DNA of 64,000 nucleotides from Candidatus Ryanbacteria bacterium CG10_big_fil_rev_8_21_14_0_10_43_42 (GCA_002793915.1 PFEF01000006.1:97368-161367); one strand, 5' to 3'; shown: positions 9,610 to 19,985, numbered from the stretch's first letter. Made by a program: numbers and translations. The notes: generated by a model not told the origin, from the letters alone.

Positions 9610-9743
9610 GGACGCACACTCATATTTTGCAAGATCGTTGAAAATCTATTCTATTGTTCCGGTCGAACACGGTGCGCACTTTTTGTGTGCTGTGTTCATA
9701 TTCTGAATATTATAATGAGTAATATCACTATGGTATTTGGATT

Positions 9744-11215
<1,472 letters not shown>

Positions 11216-11345
11216 TAAGGATATACATCTCATGCTAACGGCATGAGTATGGTCGTTCGAATATTTGCGGATATATGGCAAGTATTTGAAACGGTTTGGT
11301 CGTCACCAATCAGAAAACGACTCCGGAACAATAGAATAGGCGTTC

Positions 11346-11384
11346 AACACAAAAAGCCGCCGTCAAACGGCGGTTTTTTGTGTT
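11346..11384 (+). terminator. Intrinsic terminator ending the 16S transcript
   Basis: AACACAAAAAGCCGCCGT-caa-ACGGCGGTTTTTTGTGTT. Confidence 0.85.
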
Positions 11385-11445
11385 GGTGGGAGTAAGTAAA
11401 TGGAATGCAGGAAATGGCAATAATCGTTTATGGGCGGTTATCATA

Positions 11446-11474
11446 TTGAAAAATAGAGTAAAACAGTGTAGGCT
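11446..11474 (+). promoter_or_regulatory. Promoter for tRNA-Ile
   Basis: TTGAAA-17 nt-TAGGCT downstream of the 16S terminator. Confidence 0.55.
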
Positions 11475-11544
11475 ATGTTCTATAGATACGGGTGTTCAGC
11501 TCAAGCCGGTTTAATCCGTTCTGAACAAGTGCCTTATAATTAAT

Positions 11545-11618
11545 GGGCGTGTAGCTCAGCTGGTTAGAGCGCGTCACTGATAATGACGAGGTCGGAGGTT
11601 CGAGTCCTCCCACGCCCA
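11545..11618 (+). tRNA. tRNA-Ile(GAT), CCA not encoded
   Basis: Full cloverleaf: GGGCGTG/CACGCCC, CGTCA-CTGATAA-TGACG, GGAGG-TTCGAGT-CCTCC. Confidence 0.98.
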
Positions 11619-11623
11619 CAGAA

Positions 11624-11727
11624 TGGATTTAGAGCGGAGAAGAGTAATAGGAATTACTCTTCTCCTGATAACTAGAAAATACCTGTGATATTTTCTAGAG
11701 GTCGGAGGTTCGGAGTAACGTAATCCA
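11624..11727 (+). other. Shadow copy of tRNA-Ile with both anticodon-stem strands replaced by hairpins
   Basis: TTAGAGCG-[28-nt hairpin 11637-11664]-CTGATAA-[27-nt hairpin 11672-11698]-AGGTCGGAGGTTCG, colinear with the tRNA. Confidence 0.85.
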
Positions 11728-11792
11728 AGTGGACATAAAGATACACACAGTAATAAATGCGCTTCTTGCGTATTTTTTTGTATACTATATCT

Positions 11793-12764
11793 ATGAAGCA
11801 GAATAAATTAAAAATTGGTGTTGTAATGGGCGGACCGTCGAGCGAGCATGATATTTCATTAATGACGGGTAGGAATGTTATAGATACTCTTCGCGGATTA
11901 GGGCATACGGTAACACAGGTATATGTTACCAAATCGGGCAATTGGCTCTATAACAACAGTGCTTCCGCTTTCGATCCGGTAGAGATATGCGCACGTCATG
12001 ATGTTATGTTCAATGCTATGCACGGGGAATATGGTGAGGATGGGCAGGTACAGCAAATTTTTGACAGATGCAATGTGCGGTATACGGGATCTCGCACAAC
12101 GGCGGCGGCACTTGCGATGAACAAAATAATCAGCAAAGATATTTTTAATAAGGCGGGAATCCTTACGCCAAGAGCCGTAGCGTTCGAGCGGAATAATTTT
12201 GATATGAAGGAGGCTCTTTCTCGCGTGCATCTCATGACGGCACCTCCCTGGGTAGTGAAGCCCGCAAGTCGCGGTTCTTCCGTGGGTGTTACCATAGCAC
12301 GCACACTTCCGGGGTTAGCCGACGGTTTGGAAACCGCATTCGGGTATGATAATCATGTTGTAGTGGAAGAATTTATAAAAGGACGGGAGATTACCTGTGG
12401 AGTACTTCAGGATTTTGCCGGAGAGGATGTGCACGCGCTTCACCCGCTGGAGATTATTCCGCCGGACGGAAAGTTCTTTGATTATGAAGTAAAGTATGAT
12501 GGTTCTACAAAAGAAGTTCCAGCACCGTTCTTCGGCGAAATGCTTAAAAATATTAAGGCACAGGCCGTTGCGGCTCATAATGCGCTCGGATGTCGGCATT
12601 ATTCCCGTACGGATATGATTATTAAGGGAACGAAAATATACGTTTTGGAAACGAATACCCTACCGGGACTCACAAGCGAATCGCTTTTCCCGAAACAGGC
12701 GCGATTAGCTAAAATGGAATTTCCGCAGTTACTGGAACATTTGGTGCGTTTGGCAACGGCATAA
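11793..12764 (+). CDS. ddl: D-alanine--D-alanine ligase
   Basis: GGPSSEHDISL, HGEYGEDG, VVKPASRGSSVGV, FFDYEVKY, LETNTLPGLT; start moved to ATG 11793. Confidence 0.97.
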   Translation: MKQNKLKIGVVMGGPSSEHDISLMTGRNVIDTLRGLGHTVTQVYVTKSGNWLYNNSASAFDPVEICARHDVMFNAMHGEYGEDGQVQQIFDRCNVRYTGSRTTAAALAMNKIISKDIFNKAGILTPRAVAFERNNFDMKEALSRVHLMTAPPWVVKPASRGSSVGVTIARTLPGLADGLETAFGYDNHVVVEEFIKGREITCGVLQDFAGEDVHALHPLEIIPPDGKFFDYEVKYDGSTKEVPAPFFGEMLKNIKAQAVAAHNALGCRHYSRTDMIIKGTKIYVLETNTLPGLTSESLFPKQARLAKMEFPQLLEHLVRLATA

Positions 12765-12792
12765 CAGATCTTTTACAAGGAGGAAGTGTTTT

Positions 12793-13536
12793 ATGAGACG
12801 CATGCGATGGCAGAGTTGGGCTTTGGGATTTTCTCTTTTATATATTTTAGTTAAGGGATTTGGTTCATCTGAATATGCGAGTATGGTAACGCCCGCACGC
12901 TTTTATATACAGTCTTATTTTGTAGAAACGCGCCTGGTTGTATACGAAGGGGAATACTGGCGTGTTGTACTACACGAAAAGCAGAATCCGCATTTCTTGC
13001 GGAGCATCGTGCGTTTAAAACGGGTATGCGAATCTCCCGTATGCCTAACGTCTGCTGAAAGGCGAGAACGGGATGAGATAGAACTCGTACTACATACTTT
13101 GGTACTTAGATATGGCGCCACCTACACCAACTTTATGCGTCTTATGAATAATGCTTATCGTTCGCCGATTCCTATGCCGGTAATGCATTATCACTTTATT
13201 CCGCGCTACAAAACCCCATTTTCTTTTGGAGAGATATATTTTCATGATAAGGCGTATGGGCGTCATTATTCTGAAAACGAAGAAAAGCCGGTTCCTCCCG
13301 CACTTATGCTTCTCATAAAAAATATTGTAGGGAAAGAATTTAAAGACCGTATGCCAAAGCCATCCGCAGAGGTGGCTTTTTTCTTGAAAAAAAGGAAGAA
13401 CCATGGTATGGTTTTTTGTAGATTTCAAATTAAAATATTTCGAAATTTACGAGGGCGAATTTCGGTAGCTCATCTGGTAGAGCGGTTTGATATGCCCCCA
13501 GCATATCAAACTTGCACTGCGGAGGGTGGAAAGTAA
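12793..13536 (+). CDS. HIT-family-like protein with N-terminal hydrophobic segment; C-terminus runs through the tRNA-Ala shadow copy
   Basis: LMNNAY...MHYHFIPRY HIT-like motif; AAGGAGG upstream; the last ~35 codons are tRNA-derived. Confidence 0.55.
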   Translation: MRRMRWQSWALGFSLLYILVKGFGSSEYASMVTPARFYIQSYFVETRLVVYEGEYWRVVLHEKQNPHFLRSIVRLKRVCESPVCLTSAERRERDEIELVLHTLVLRYGATYTNFMRLMNNAYRSPIPMPVMHYHFIPRYKTPFSFGEIYFHDKAYGRHYSENEEKPVPPALMLLIKNIVGKEFKDRMPKPSAEVAFFLKKRKNHGMVFCRFQIKIFRNLRGRISVAHLVERFDMPPAYQTCTAEGGK

Positions 13537-13564
13537 CGGGGTTACTTTCCACGGTTCGAGTCCT
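13440..13564 (+). other. Shadow copy of tRNA-Ala with two 27-nt hairpin substitutions
   Basis: GTAGCTCATCTGGTAGAGCG-[hairpin 13485-13511]-TTGCACTGCGGAGG-[hairpin 13526-13552]-GGTTCGAGTCCT; the three blocks are identical to the tRNA at 13612. Confidence 0.9.
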
Positions 13565-13611
13565 AGGAGGGTAAAAGACTTTAATAATAGGTTTAGAGAC
13601 GTAAATAATAT

Positions 13612-13684
13612 GGGCCCGTAGCTCATCTGGTAGAGCGCCGCACTTGCACTGCGGAGGTGGCAGGTTCGAGTCCTGTCGGGTCCA
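13612..13684 (+). tRNA. tRNA-Ala(TGC), CCA not encoded
   Basis: GGGCCCG/CGGGTCC acceptor with G3-U70, CCGCA-CTTGCAC-TGCGG, T-loop TTCGAGT. Confidence 0.98.
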
Positions 13685-13871
13685 CATCGTAAATCTCAAT
13701 AACCGTTTTTAACCTCCCGCTGTCCGCGTGCCGGCAAGGCGGAAAGAGGGAGTTTTTGGTTTGCTTAGCCGCTTTCTTGTTTACAAAACCCCTTAAATCC
13801 GATATGATTTAAATATAGATATTCCATACTTTATATTATAATCTATATACCAATTTATATAACAGAAAGTT

Positions 13872-14069
13872 ATGAAAATTGCAGATAACCTCAAAAAAAT
13901 AAGAGCGGAAAAGAGCTACTCTCTCGAAAAAGTGGCGCGGTTAGCTGATTTGTCGCTCAATACGGTTGTAAAGATAGAAAGCGGGGTCAATAAGAATCCT
14001 ACTATCGATACTCTTTCCAAAATCGCCAAGGCGCTTGAGGTTGATGTTGATGATTTAATACAGAAGTAG
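13872..14069 (+). CDS. XRE-family HTH regulator (controller-protein-like)
   Basis: NLKKIR...SLEKVARLADLS...KIESG...NPTIDTLSKIAKALEV; stop lies 2 nt before the MTase start. Confidence 0.9.
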   Translation: MKIADNLKKIRAEKSYSLEKVARLADLSLNTVVKIESGVNKNPTIDTLSKIAKALEVDVDDLIQK

Positions 14070-14071
14070 TT

Positions 14072-15190
14072 ATGAACACCCAAACCTTAAACATGGGCCT
14101 TAACAAGGCTGGTCAAGCAAAGAAAGATGAGTTTTATACTCAGCTCGTTGATATTGAAAAAGAGTTGAAGCATTACAAAAATCAATTTCGAGGCAAGGTT
14201 GTTTATTGCAACTGCGACGATCCGTTTGAGAGTAACTTTTTTAAATATTTCGCTGGTAATTTTAATGCACTGGGATTGAAAAAACTAATTGCGACGAGCT
14301 ACAAGCCGTCACCTATTGCAAATACACAGCTTGGACTATTTGGTGACGAAGAAGTGCTGACAAAATCCAAAGGCCGTCCAAAAGTGACTGCCAATAAATT
14401 TATCATCAACGAAGTTGATGATTTTGATGGCGACGGTGCTTTTGATTTACGTGATGTCGCTGAACAGCTCAAAGCAAACAAAAACAACGAATGGGCACCG
14501 TTAGATAGCGAGGGAGATTTTAGAAGTCCAGAAAGTATAGAGTTGCTTAAACAAGCTGACATTGTAGTGACAAATCCGCCATTTTCACTCTTTCGTGAGT
14601 ATGTAGCCCAACTTGTTGAATACGATAAGAAATTTTTAATACTTGGGGACCAAAACGCCATAACATACAAGGAGATTTTTAAGTTAATTAGCGACGATAA
14701 AATATGGCTCGGTTACGATAATGGAGGCACGAAATGGTTTCAAGTCCCGATGGATTACGACATTCCAACTGAATCAAGAAAGAAAATCGTAAACGGCGTG
14801 AAGTATTTCAGTATGGGAAGAATTATGTGGTTTACAAATCTTGAGACCACAAAACGTCACGAGAGACTGACTTTGTATAAAACATACACCGCACAAGAAT
14901 ATCCTAAATACGACAACTATCCTGCAATAAACGTTGATAAAGTCTCTGATATTCCAATGGACTACGATGGAATAATGGGTGTCCCTATTACTTTCATCGA
15001 TAAATACAATCCAGAGCAGTTTGAAATATTAGGCATTACTGATAGACAAAACACGTCTGGTCTCCGAACGAAAAAATATACAGAAGCGGACAATCCTAAA
15101 TACAACGACTTAAATGCTCGTAGCGTGATAAAAACTGGCAATACTTACAAAGCTGTGTACGCGCGACTTTTAATAAGAAATAAAAAATAA
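14072..15190 (+). CDS. Adenine-specific DNA methyltransferase, EcoRI-methylase family
   Basis: KKDEFYT, VYCNCDDP, GDFRS, catalytic VVTNPPFS, GVPITFIDKYNPEQFEI. Confidence 0.9.
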   Translation: MNTQTLNMGLNKAGQAKKDEFYTQLVDIEKELKHYKNQFRGKVVYCNCDDPFESNFFKYFAGNFNALGLKKLIATSYKPSPIANTQLGLFGDEEVLTKSKGRPKVTANKFIINEVDDFDGDGAFDLRDVAEQLKANKNNEWAPLDSEGDFRSPESIELLKQADIVVTNPPFSLFREYVAQLVEYDKKFLILGDQNAITYKEIFKLISDDKIWLGYDNGGTKWFQVPMDYDIPTESRKKIVNGVKYFSMGRIMWFTNLETTKRHERLTLYKTYTAQEYPKYDNYPAINVDKVSDIPMDYDGIMGVPITFIDKYNPEQFEILGITDRQNTSGLRTKKYTEADNPKYNDLNARSVIKTGNTYKAVYARLLIRNKK

Positions 15191-15192
15191 TT

Positions 15193-16296
15193 ATGAAAAT
15201 TGAACTACACAGAATCAAAATACGTGAGGTAGTCAATGGCTACGCAGACAATCATGAAGAAGGTGTGGTTGCTTATGGTGGCAAGCTCGATATTCGACCT
15301 AAATATCAACGTGAATTTGTCTATAAAGATAAACAGCGCGATGCGGTCATTGATACCGTAAAGAAAAATTTTCCGCTCAATGTGATGTATTGGGTAAAAA
15401 GCGACGACGATAGCTTTGAGGTGTTAGACGGACAGCAAAGAACAATCAGTATCGGGCAATTTGCGAATGGAGATTTTTCGGTGGACTTTAATGGTCGCAC
15501 TGCTATGTTCCACAACCTTACTAAAGAAGAACAGGGGCAAATCCTCGATTACGAATTGATGGTGTACTTCTGTGAAGGAACAGATAAGGAAAAGTTAGAT
15601 TGGTTCAAGATTATCAACATCGCAGGCGAACGTCTTACCGATCAAGAATTGCGAAATGCTGTTTACACTGGCACATGGCTTTCGGACGCAAAACTTAAGT
15701 TTAGTAAATCTGGCTGCGCGGCATATCTTTTGGCAAATGATGGCGGCGCATTGCTTACAGGTTCACCAATTAGACAAGAGTACCTAGAAACTGCACTCTC
15801 GTGGATCAATAGCGGCGAAATTGCCGAATATATGGCAAAGCATCAGCACGACAAGAATGCCGATGAGCTGTGGAAGTATTTCCAAAATGTTATTGCGTGG
15901 GTGCGTCAGACATTTCCGAACTATCGCAAAGAAATGGCGCACGTAAATTGGGGCGAGTTGTACAACCAATTCAAGGATAAAAAGCTAAACGCCAAGAAAC
16001 TTGAAACAGAAGTTGCAGAATTTATGAAAGACGAAGATGTAACAAAAAAATCTGGTATCTATCCGTATGTTTTGACGCGAAATGAGCGGCATTTAAATAT
16101 CCGTTCATTTACTGACAATATGAAGCGAGAGGCGTACGAGAGGCAGAAAGGTATTTGTGCATTCTGCAAAGAAAAGTTTGATATTTCTGATATGGAAGCT
16201 GATCACATTACCCCTTGGCATGAGGGCGGCAAAACTAACGCAAAAAATTGCCAGTTGTTGTGCAAAGACGATAACCGAAGGAAATCTGGAAAGTAA
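15193..16296 (+). CDS. DUF262 (GmrS/ParB-like) plus HNH endonuclease
   Basis: RPKYQREFVY, LDGQQRT, F..IN..G..L DUF262 motifs; C-terminal CAFC...ADHITPW..GG.T...N.QLLC...N. Confidence 0.9.
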   Translation: MKIELHRIKIREVVNGYADNHEEGVVAYGGKLDIRPKYQREFVYKDKQRDAVIDTVKKNFPLNVMYWVKSDDDSFEVLDGQQRTISIGQFANGDFSVDFNGRTAMFHNLTKEEQGQILDYELMVYFCEGTDKEKLDWFKIINIAGERLTDQELRNAVYTGTWLSDAKLKFSKSGCAAYLLANDGGALLTGSPIRQEYLETALSWINSGEIAEYMAKHQHDKNADELWKYFQNVIAWVRQTFPNYRKEMAHVNWGELYNQFKDKKLNAKKLETEVAEFMKDEDVTKKSGIYPYVLTRNERHLNIRSFTDNMKREAYERQKGICAFCKEKFDISDMEADHITPWHEGGKTNAKNCQLLCKDDNRRKSGK

Positions 16297-16306
16297 CACT
16301 AACACC

Positions 16307-19300
16307 ATGAGGCTACCTCCCCAAACAATACGAACACTGTTAGAGGCAATTTTTTGGGGATCTGCTGTTTCGTTTACCTTTATTCTTGGATCCGCTATTG
16401 GATCATGGTTTTCGTTGAATATTCTCCCAGACTATTCATGGTTGATTACTCGTAAGGGCGAGGCATTTTATATTTTTGTATTCGCTCTTTTATTCTCTTA
16501 TCTTTACTTTCGAGATTTTCTACAAGTAGTATGGAAGGTCATAAAGAGTTCGAGATTTGATATTTTTATTGCGGCAGGATTAAGTGCATTGGTGGTCTTT
16601 AGCAATAAAAATATACTTTCTACATACATACAGGAGCATGTAATGGAACTAAACAGCGACAGCGTATTACTTTTCTTTATTATTGTATTTATTTTGTCGC
16701 TATCATGCGTACTGTATGTGATACTGCAAATGTTTAACCGCAGAAAGAAAGTGGACTCAAAATTTGCAAATGATAACCCAATTAGGGATTCCGAAGGCGA
16801 TCTCCTGGATTTTAGTACAAAAGCAAATTCGTTCGCAGAGAATATCTTTCATGCTTCACAGGGTAAGGGTTTAGTGTTTGGTGTAGATGCCCCTTGGGGA
16901 TCTGGTAAGTCATCATTTTTAAATCTCTGTAAGAGGTATTGGGAAATCAAACATAAAAACGAGTTAATTGTGTACGAATTTAGTCCCTTACACTATTCAA
17001 CAGATGCTAATTTACTTGAGAGATTTGTGGATGGTCTAATAAAAGAAATACAAAAGAATGTTTTTATTCCTGAGATACGCCCACTTTTTTCTCAATATTC
17101 TAAGCTCATCAAGATAGTAAATGGATTTAGTATTTTTGGGGTAAAAATTCCAGAATTTGCTAGTAGGCGCACCATTAACGATGTACATAATGATTTAGAG
17201 TGTGCACTAAATGGAATCAATAGGAGAATAATCGTTATTGTAGACGACCTAGACCGCATAGAATTAAAAGAGATTAAGAACGTATTGTTTGCAATACGTG
17301 AAAGTTTTAAATTCCCCAATATTTCGTATGTCTTATGTTACGACACAGAGAATATAAATGCATTGGAGGCAGATACGCCAGAGATTGAGACGGTGAATGA
17401 ATTCCTGGAGAAATTCGTCAATATTAAGATAAGTATTTTCCTCGATAAGAAAAACCTAGAGAATTTCGTTTCAAAAGAATTGAAAAAGGTAATTGAGGAC
17501 AAAACAACAGATCCAGAACTTGTTGCTGTCGTATTAAGCGGACTACGCGACATATTTCAATCACCTGAATTTCATCGTTATACGTCCTTTGTCGGAGACA
17601 TTAGAAAATTGAAGCGACTTGTGAATACGGTGGTTCTTTTAGAGTTGTATAAAGTAAACTTCGATAAAGCAGATATTGATAAGTTTGATTTAGCTCATTT
17701 ACTACTGATTTATATTAATTATCCAAGTATTTTCAGAAAAATTTATAACACCGAAACTGCAGGTGGTTATGGTTTTTTCTCTGCAGTTGGTCCCTATGAC
17801 AGTGAGTTTTATCCAAAAGATAAGAAGAGAAACAATGGAGAAAGGAGCGACACATATGAAAATTCTGATGTATACAACGAATATCTAGAGGACTTAACAG
17901 ATAATCAAAAGTTTCTCATTGAGCAGATATTTAATGTCACTAGGCGACTTAAGCGAGCAAAAAATAATGATAGTGCAAACCACTACATCAATAATGAAGA
18001 TTCATATCGAAAGATAGACAGTGTATCGGAAGACATAAAAACTTCCCTGGCATGTTTCAATGGTGACAAATTTACTGGTTCTGGTCGCAATCTAGAAGAT
18101 TATTTGCGTTTAATTGCTCATCTAGCGCCGCCAGAAGAAGAAAAGCAATTTGCACCTTTCAAAAACTGGCGAGACAAGATCATTAGCGAAGATATAACTA
18201 TAGAACAACTTTTTAATCAACCAGAATTTTCTGTTGAACTTGGCGAGCAAAAGCGACAAAAACTTTGGCGTCTCATTGTAAACAACACAAGGAAACTGAA
18301 TCAAAATGTTGCTGGTAATTTAATAAGGTATCTGACACAAAATATATCTAAATATTCCCTGTTTGAAAACGAGGTTCTTGGCGTAGGACTACGTCATCAT
18401 GATCTTCCTTATTTTTTGGTACGACTGCTTAATGATGCTGGATATAAAGGTAGCATGAATGGTAATAATACGGAGGAAAACATCAAAGAAATCGCTGATT
18501 GGATTTTCGGTGAAGACACCCACAAAGATGAAGGAATACTAGACGCCTTGTTAGAAGATGAGCGAGGTATTCTTGGTCTATATGATTCACTTAGTTTGAG
18601 ATTGATCTGCTGTTCCGATAGAGGTGGCGATATTTTCAACGTATCTAGAGCAATAGCAAAACACGGTAATAAAGAAGCTCCTACTGCGGGGGACACGAGA
18701 ATCATTGTAAAAGAAGAAATGCGTGAAATTTCACAGAAAATTTTTGGTGTGTTTAAATCACGATACATTGACAAAAAGATTAACATTTTTTCGGAAGTTC
18801 AAAAGTTGTCTTTGGATAATATAACGGGAGAATATTCCACTTATGTGCGAAATCAAGTGAAAGGCGGTGTTATATCTGAAGATAAGTTACAGGCAGATGT
18901 TGAATATACAAAATTTAATGCTTTAGGTTTTATTGTTTACCAGCTAGGTGATGACCAGATAAATCACGGGGTTGGTTGTGGTCTTTATGATCCTCTCGGA
19001 AATGCTGACAAAGGAATGATCAAAAACTTGATGAATAAGTATCTATTTGAGAGGTGCTTTAATCCGACAACCAGTGAGAATAATTATGAGAATCTTTTAA
19101 GTTTGCTTTTGAGGAATATTCCATTTGATGCTCTCAGGGAAGATCATTTTGGTAAAATTCCTGACTTTAAGTTAAAAACGATTGTTGGTGTTCTTGATAT
19201 ACAAACTCTCTCTGAATTTTGGAAGGAACATAGAGAAAAAATCAAGAAACTAAACTTTGAGAATTCAGGTAAAAAAATATTTATGGGAACACGATATGTA

Positions 19301-19414
19301 AATTCAGATTCTGAGGATATTTTTGCGTCCTATCAAAACGACTTGCCACGTGTATATAAGGCACTCGATGATTATATCGATAACCCTACTGGCAAAGGGG
19401 AGTCGCCCGCATAG
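16307..19414 (+). CDS. KAP-family P-loop NTPase with ~4 N-terminal TM helices and a long C-terminal region
   Basis: DNPI...DLL, Walker A GVDAPWGSGKSS, Walker B IIVIVDDLDR, FLEKFV, IRKLKRLVN; start moved to ATG 16307. Confidence 0.88.
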   Translation: MRLPPQTIRTLLEAIFWGSAVSFTFILGSAIGSWFSLNILPDYSWLITRKGEAFYIFVFALLFSYLYFRDFLQVVWKVIKSSRFDIFIAAGLSALVVFSNKNILSTYIQEHVMELNSDSVLLFFIIVFILSLSCVLYVILQMFNRRKKVDSKFANDNPIRDSEGDLLDFSTKANSFAENIFHASQGKGLVFGVDAPWGSGKSSFLNLCKRYWEIKHKNELIVYEFSPLHYSTDANLLERFVDGLIKEIQKNVFIPEIRPLFSQYSKLIKIVNGFSIFGVKIPEFASRRTINDVHNDLECALNGINRRIIVIVDDLDRIELKEIKNVLFAIRESFKFPNISYVLCYDTENINALEADTPEIETVNEFLEKFVNIKISIFLDKKNLENFVSKELKKVIEDKTTDPELVAVVLSGLRDIFQSPEFHRYTSFVGDIRKLKRLVNTVVLLELYKVNFDKADIDKFDLAHLLLIYINYPSIFRKIYNTETAGGYGFFSAVGPYDSEFYPKDKKRNNGERSDTYENSDVYNEYLEDLTDNQKFLIEQIFNVTRRLKRAKNNDSANHYINNEDSYRKIDSVSEDIKTSLACFNGDKFTGSGRNLEDYLRLIAHLAPPEEEKQFAPFKNWRDKIISEDITIEQLFNQPEFSVELGEQKRQKLWRLIVNNTRKLNQNVAGNLIRYLTQNISKYSLFENEVLGVGLRHHDLPYFLVRLLNDAGYKGSMNGNNTEENIKEIADWIFGEDTHKDEGILDALLEDERGILGLYDSLSLRLICCSDRGGDIFNVSRAIAKHGNKEAPTAGDTRIIVKEEMREISQKIFGVFKSRYIDKKINIFSEVQKLSLDNITGEYSTYVRNQVKGGVISEDKLQADVEYTKFNALGFIVYQLGDDQINHGVGCGLYDPLGNADKGMIKNLMNKYLFERCFNPTTSENNYENLLSLLLRNIPFDALREDHFGKIPDFKLKTIVGVLDIQTLSEFWKEHREKIKKLNFENSGKKIFMGTRYVNSDSEDIFASYQNDLPRVYKALDDYIDNPTGKGESPA

Positions 19415-19542
19415 CGGGCGGTTTGCGCGCGCACTGGGAGGGTGGGGCAAACGCAAAGACATTTTTTGCCTACTTTGTTATAATTCACAAAAAGCGGACA
19501 TGTCGACCCGCTCTCATATAAATCAACTAACCTTTTATAACT

Positions 19543-19887
19543 ATGGCTAAAAAAATTTCAACTGAAGAAGTAAAGAGTAAATTGGATAAAAACGAGAACT
19601 TTTATCTCATTGATACATTGGCGGCCAACAGCTTTGAGGCGCGCCACATCCCCGGAGCAAAAAGCATGCCGTATGGAACTGATTTTATAAAACAATTTGA
19701 GCAAGTAATTAACGCCCAGAAAGACGCAGAGATCATAACTTATTGCGCCTCAAATGGATGTCAGCTATCAGCGTTGGCCGCCAATGCTCTTGAAGAAGCC
19801 GGCTATACGAATGTTGGTCATTATGTTGACGGTCTCGCAGGTTGGCAAAACGCAGGCCATAAATTTGAAGGAGAAGCGACGAAATAG
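19543..19887 (+). CDS. Rhodanese-like domain protein
   Basis: LIDT...FEARHIPGA, YCASNGC, LEEAGY, GLAGW. Confidence 0.9.
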   Translation: MAKKISTEEVKSKLDKNENFYLIDTLAANSFEARHIPGAKSMPYGTDFIKQFEQVINAQKDAEIITYCASNGCQLSALAANALEEAGYTNVGHYVDGLAGWQNAGHKFEGEATK

Positions 19888-19985
19888 TTTGGATTAAGGG
19901 AGTAAAATTATGCGCACACTGGGCGAGTGTGGCAAGCACAATATGGTAAACTACAAGGGTCGATTAATAACTAACCATAAAAACT

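Noticed and set aside
11624-13564. Reading the shadow copies as intron-containing tRNAs
   Set aside because: Removing the hairpins leaves stem strands missing and there is no acceptor stem; no group I core or bulge-helix-bulge motif is evident.
11624-13564. Reading the hairpins as a CRISPR or TIGR array
   Set aside because: The hairpins differ in sequence, there are only 2-3 per locus, and no Cas or Nop-domain gene is in the window.
16157-16306. N-terminal extension of the KAP ORF
   Set aside because: It overlaps the HNH domain in another frame; ATG 16307 after the nuclease stop is more plausible.
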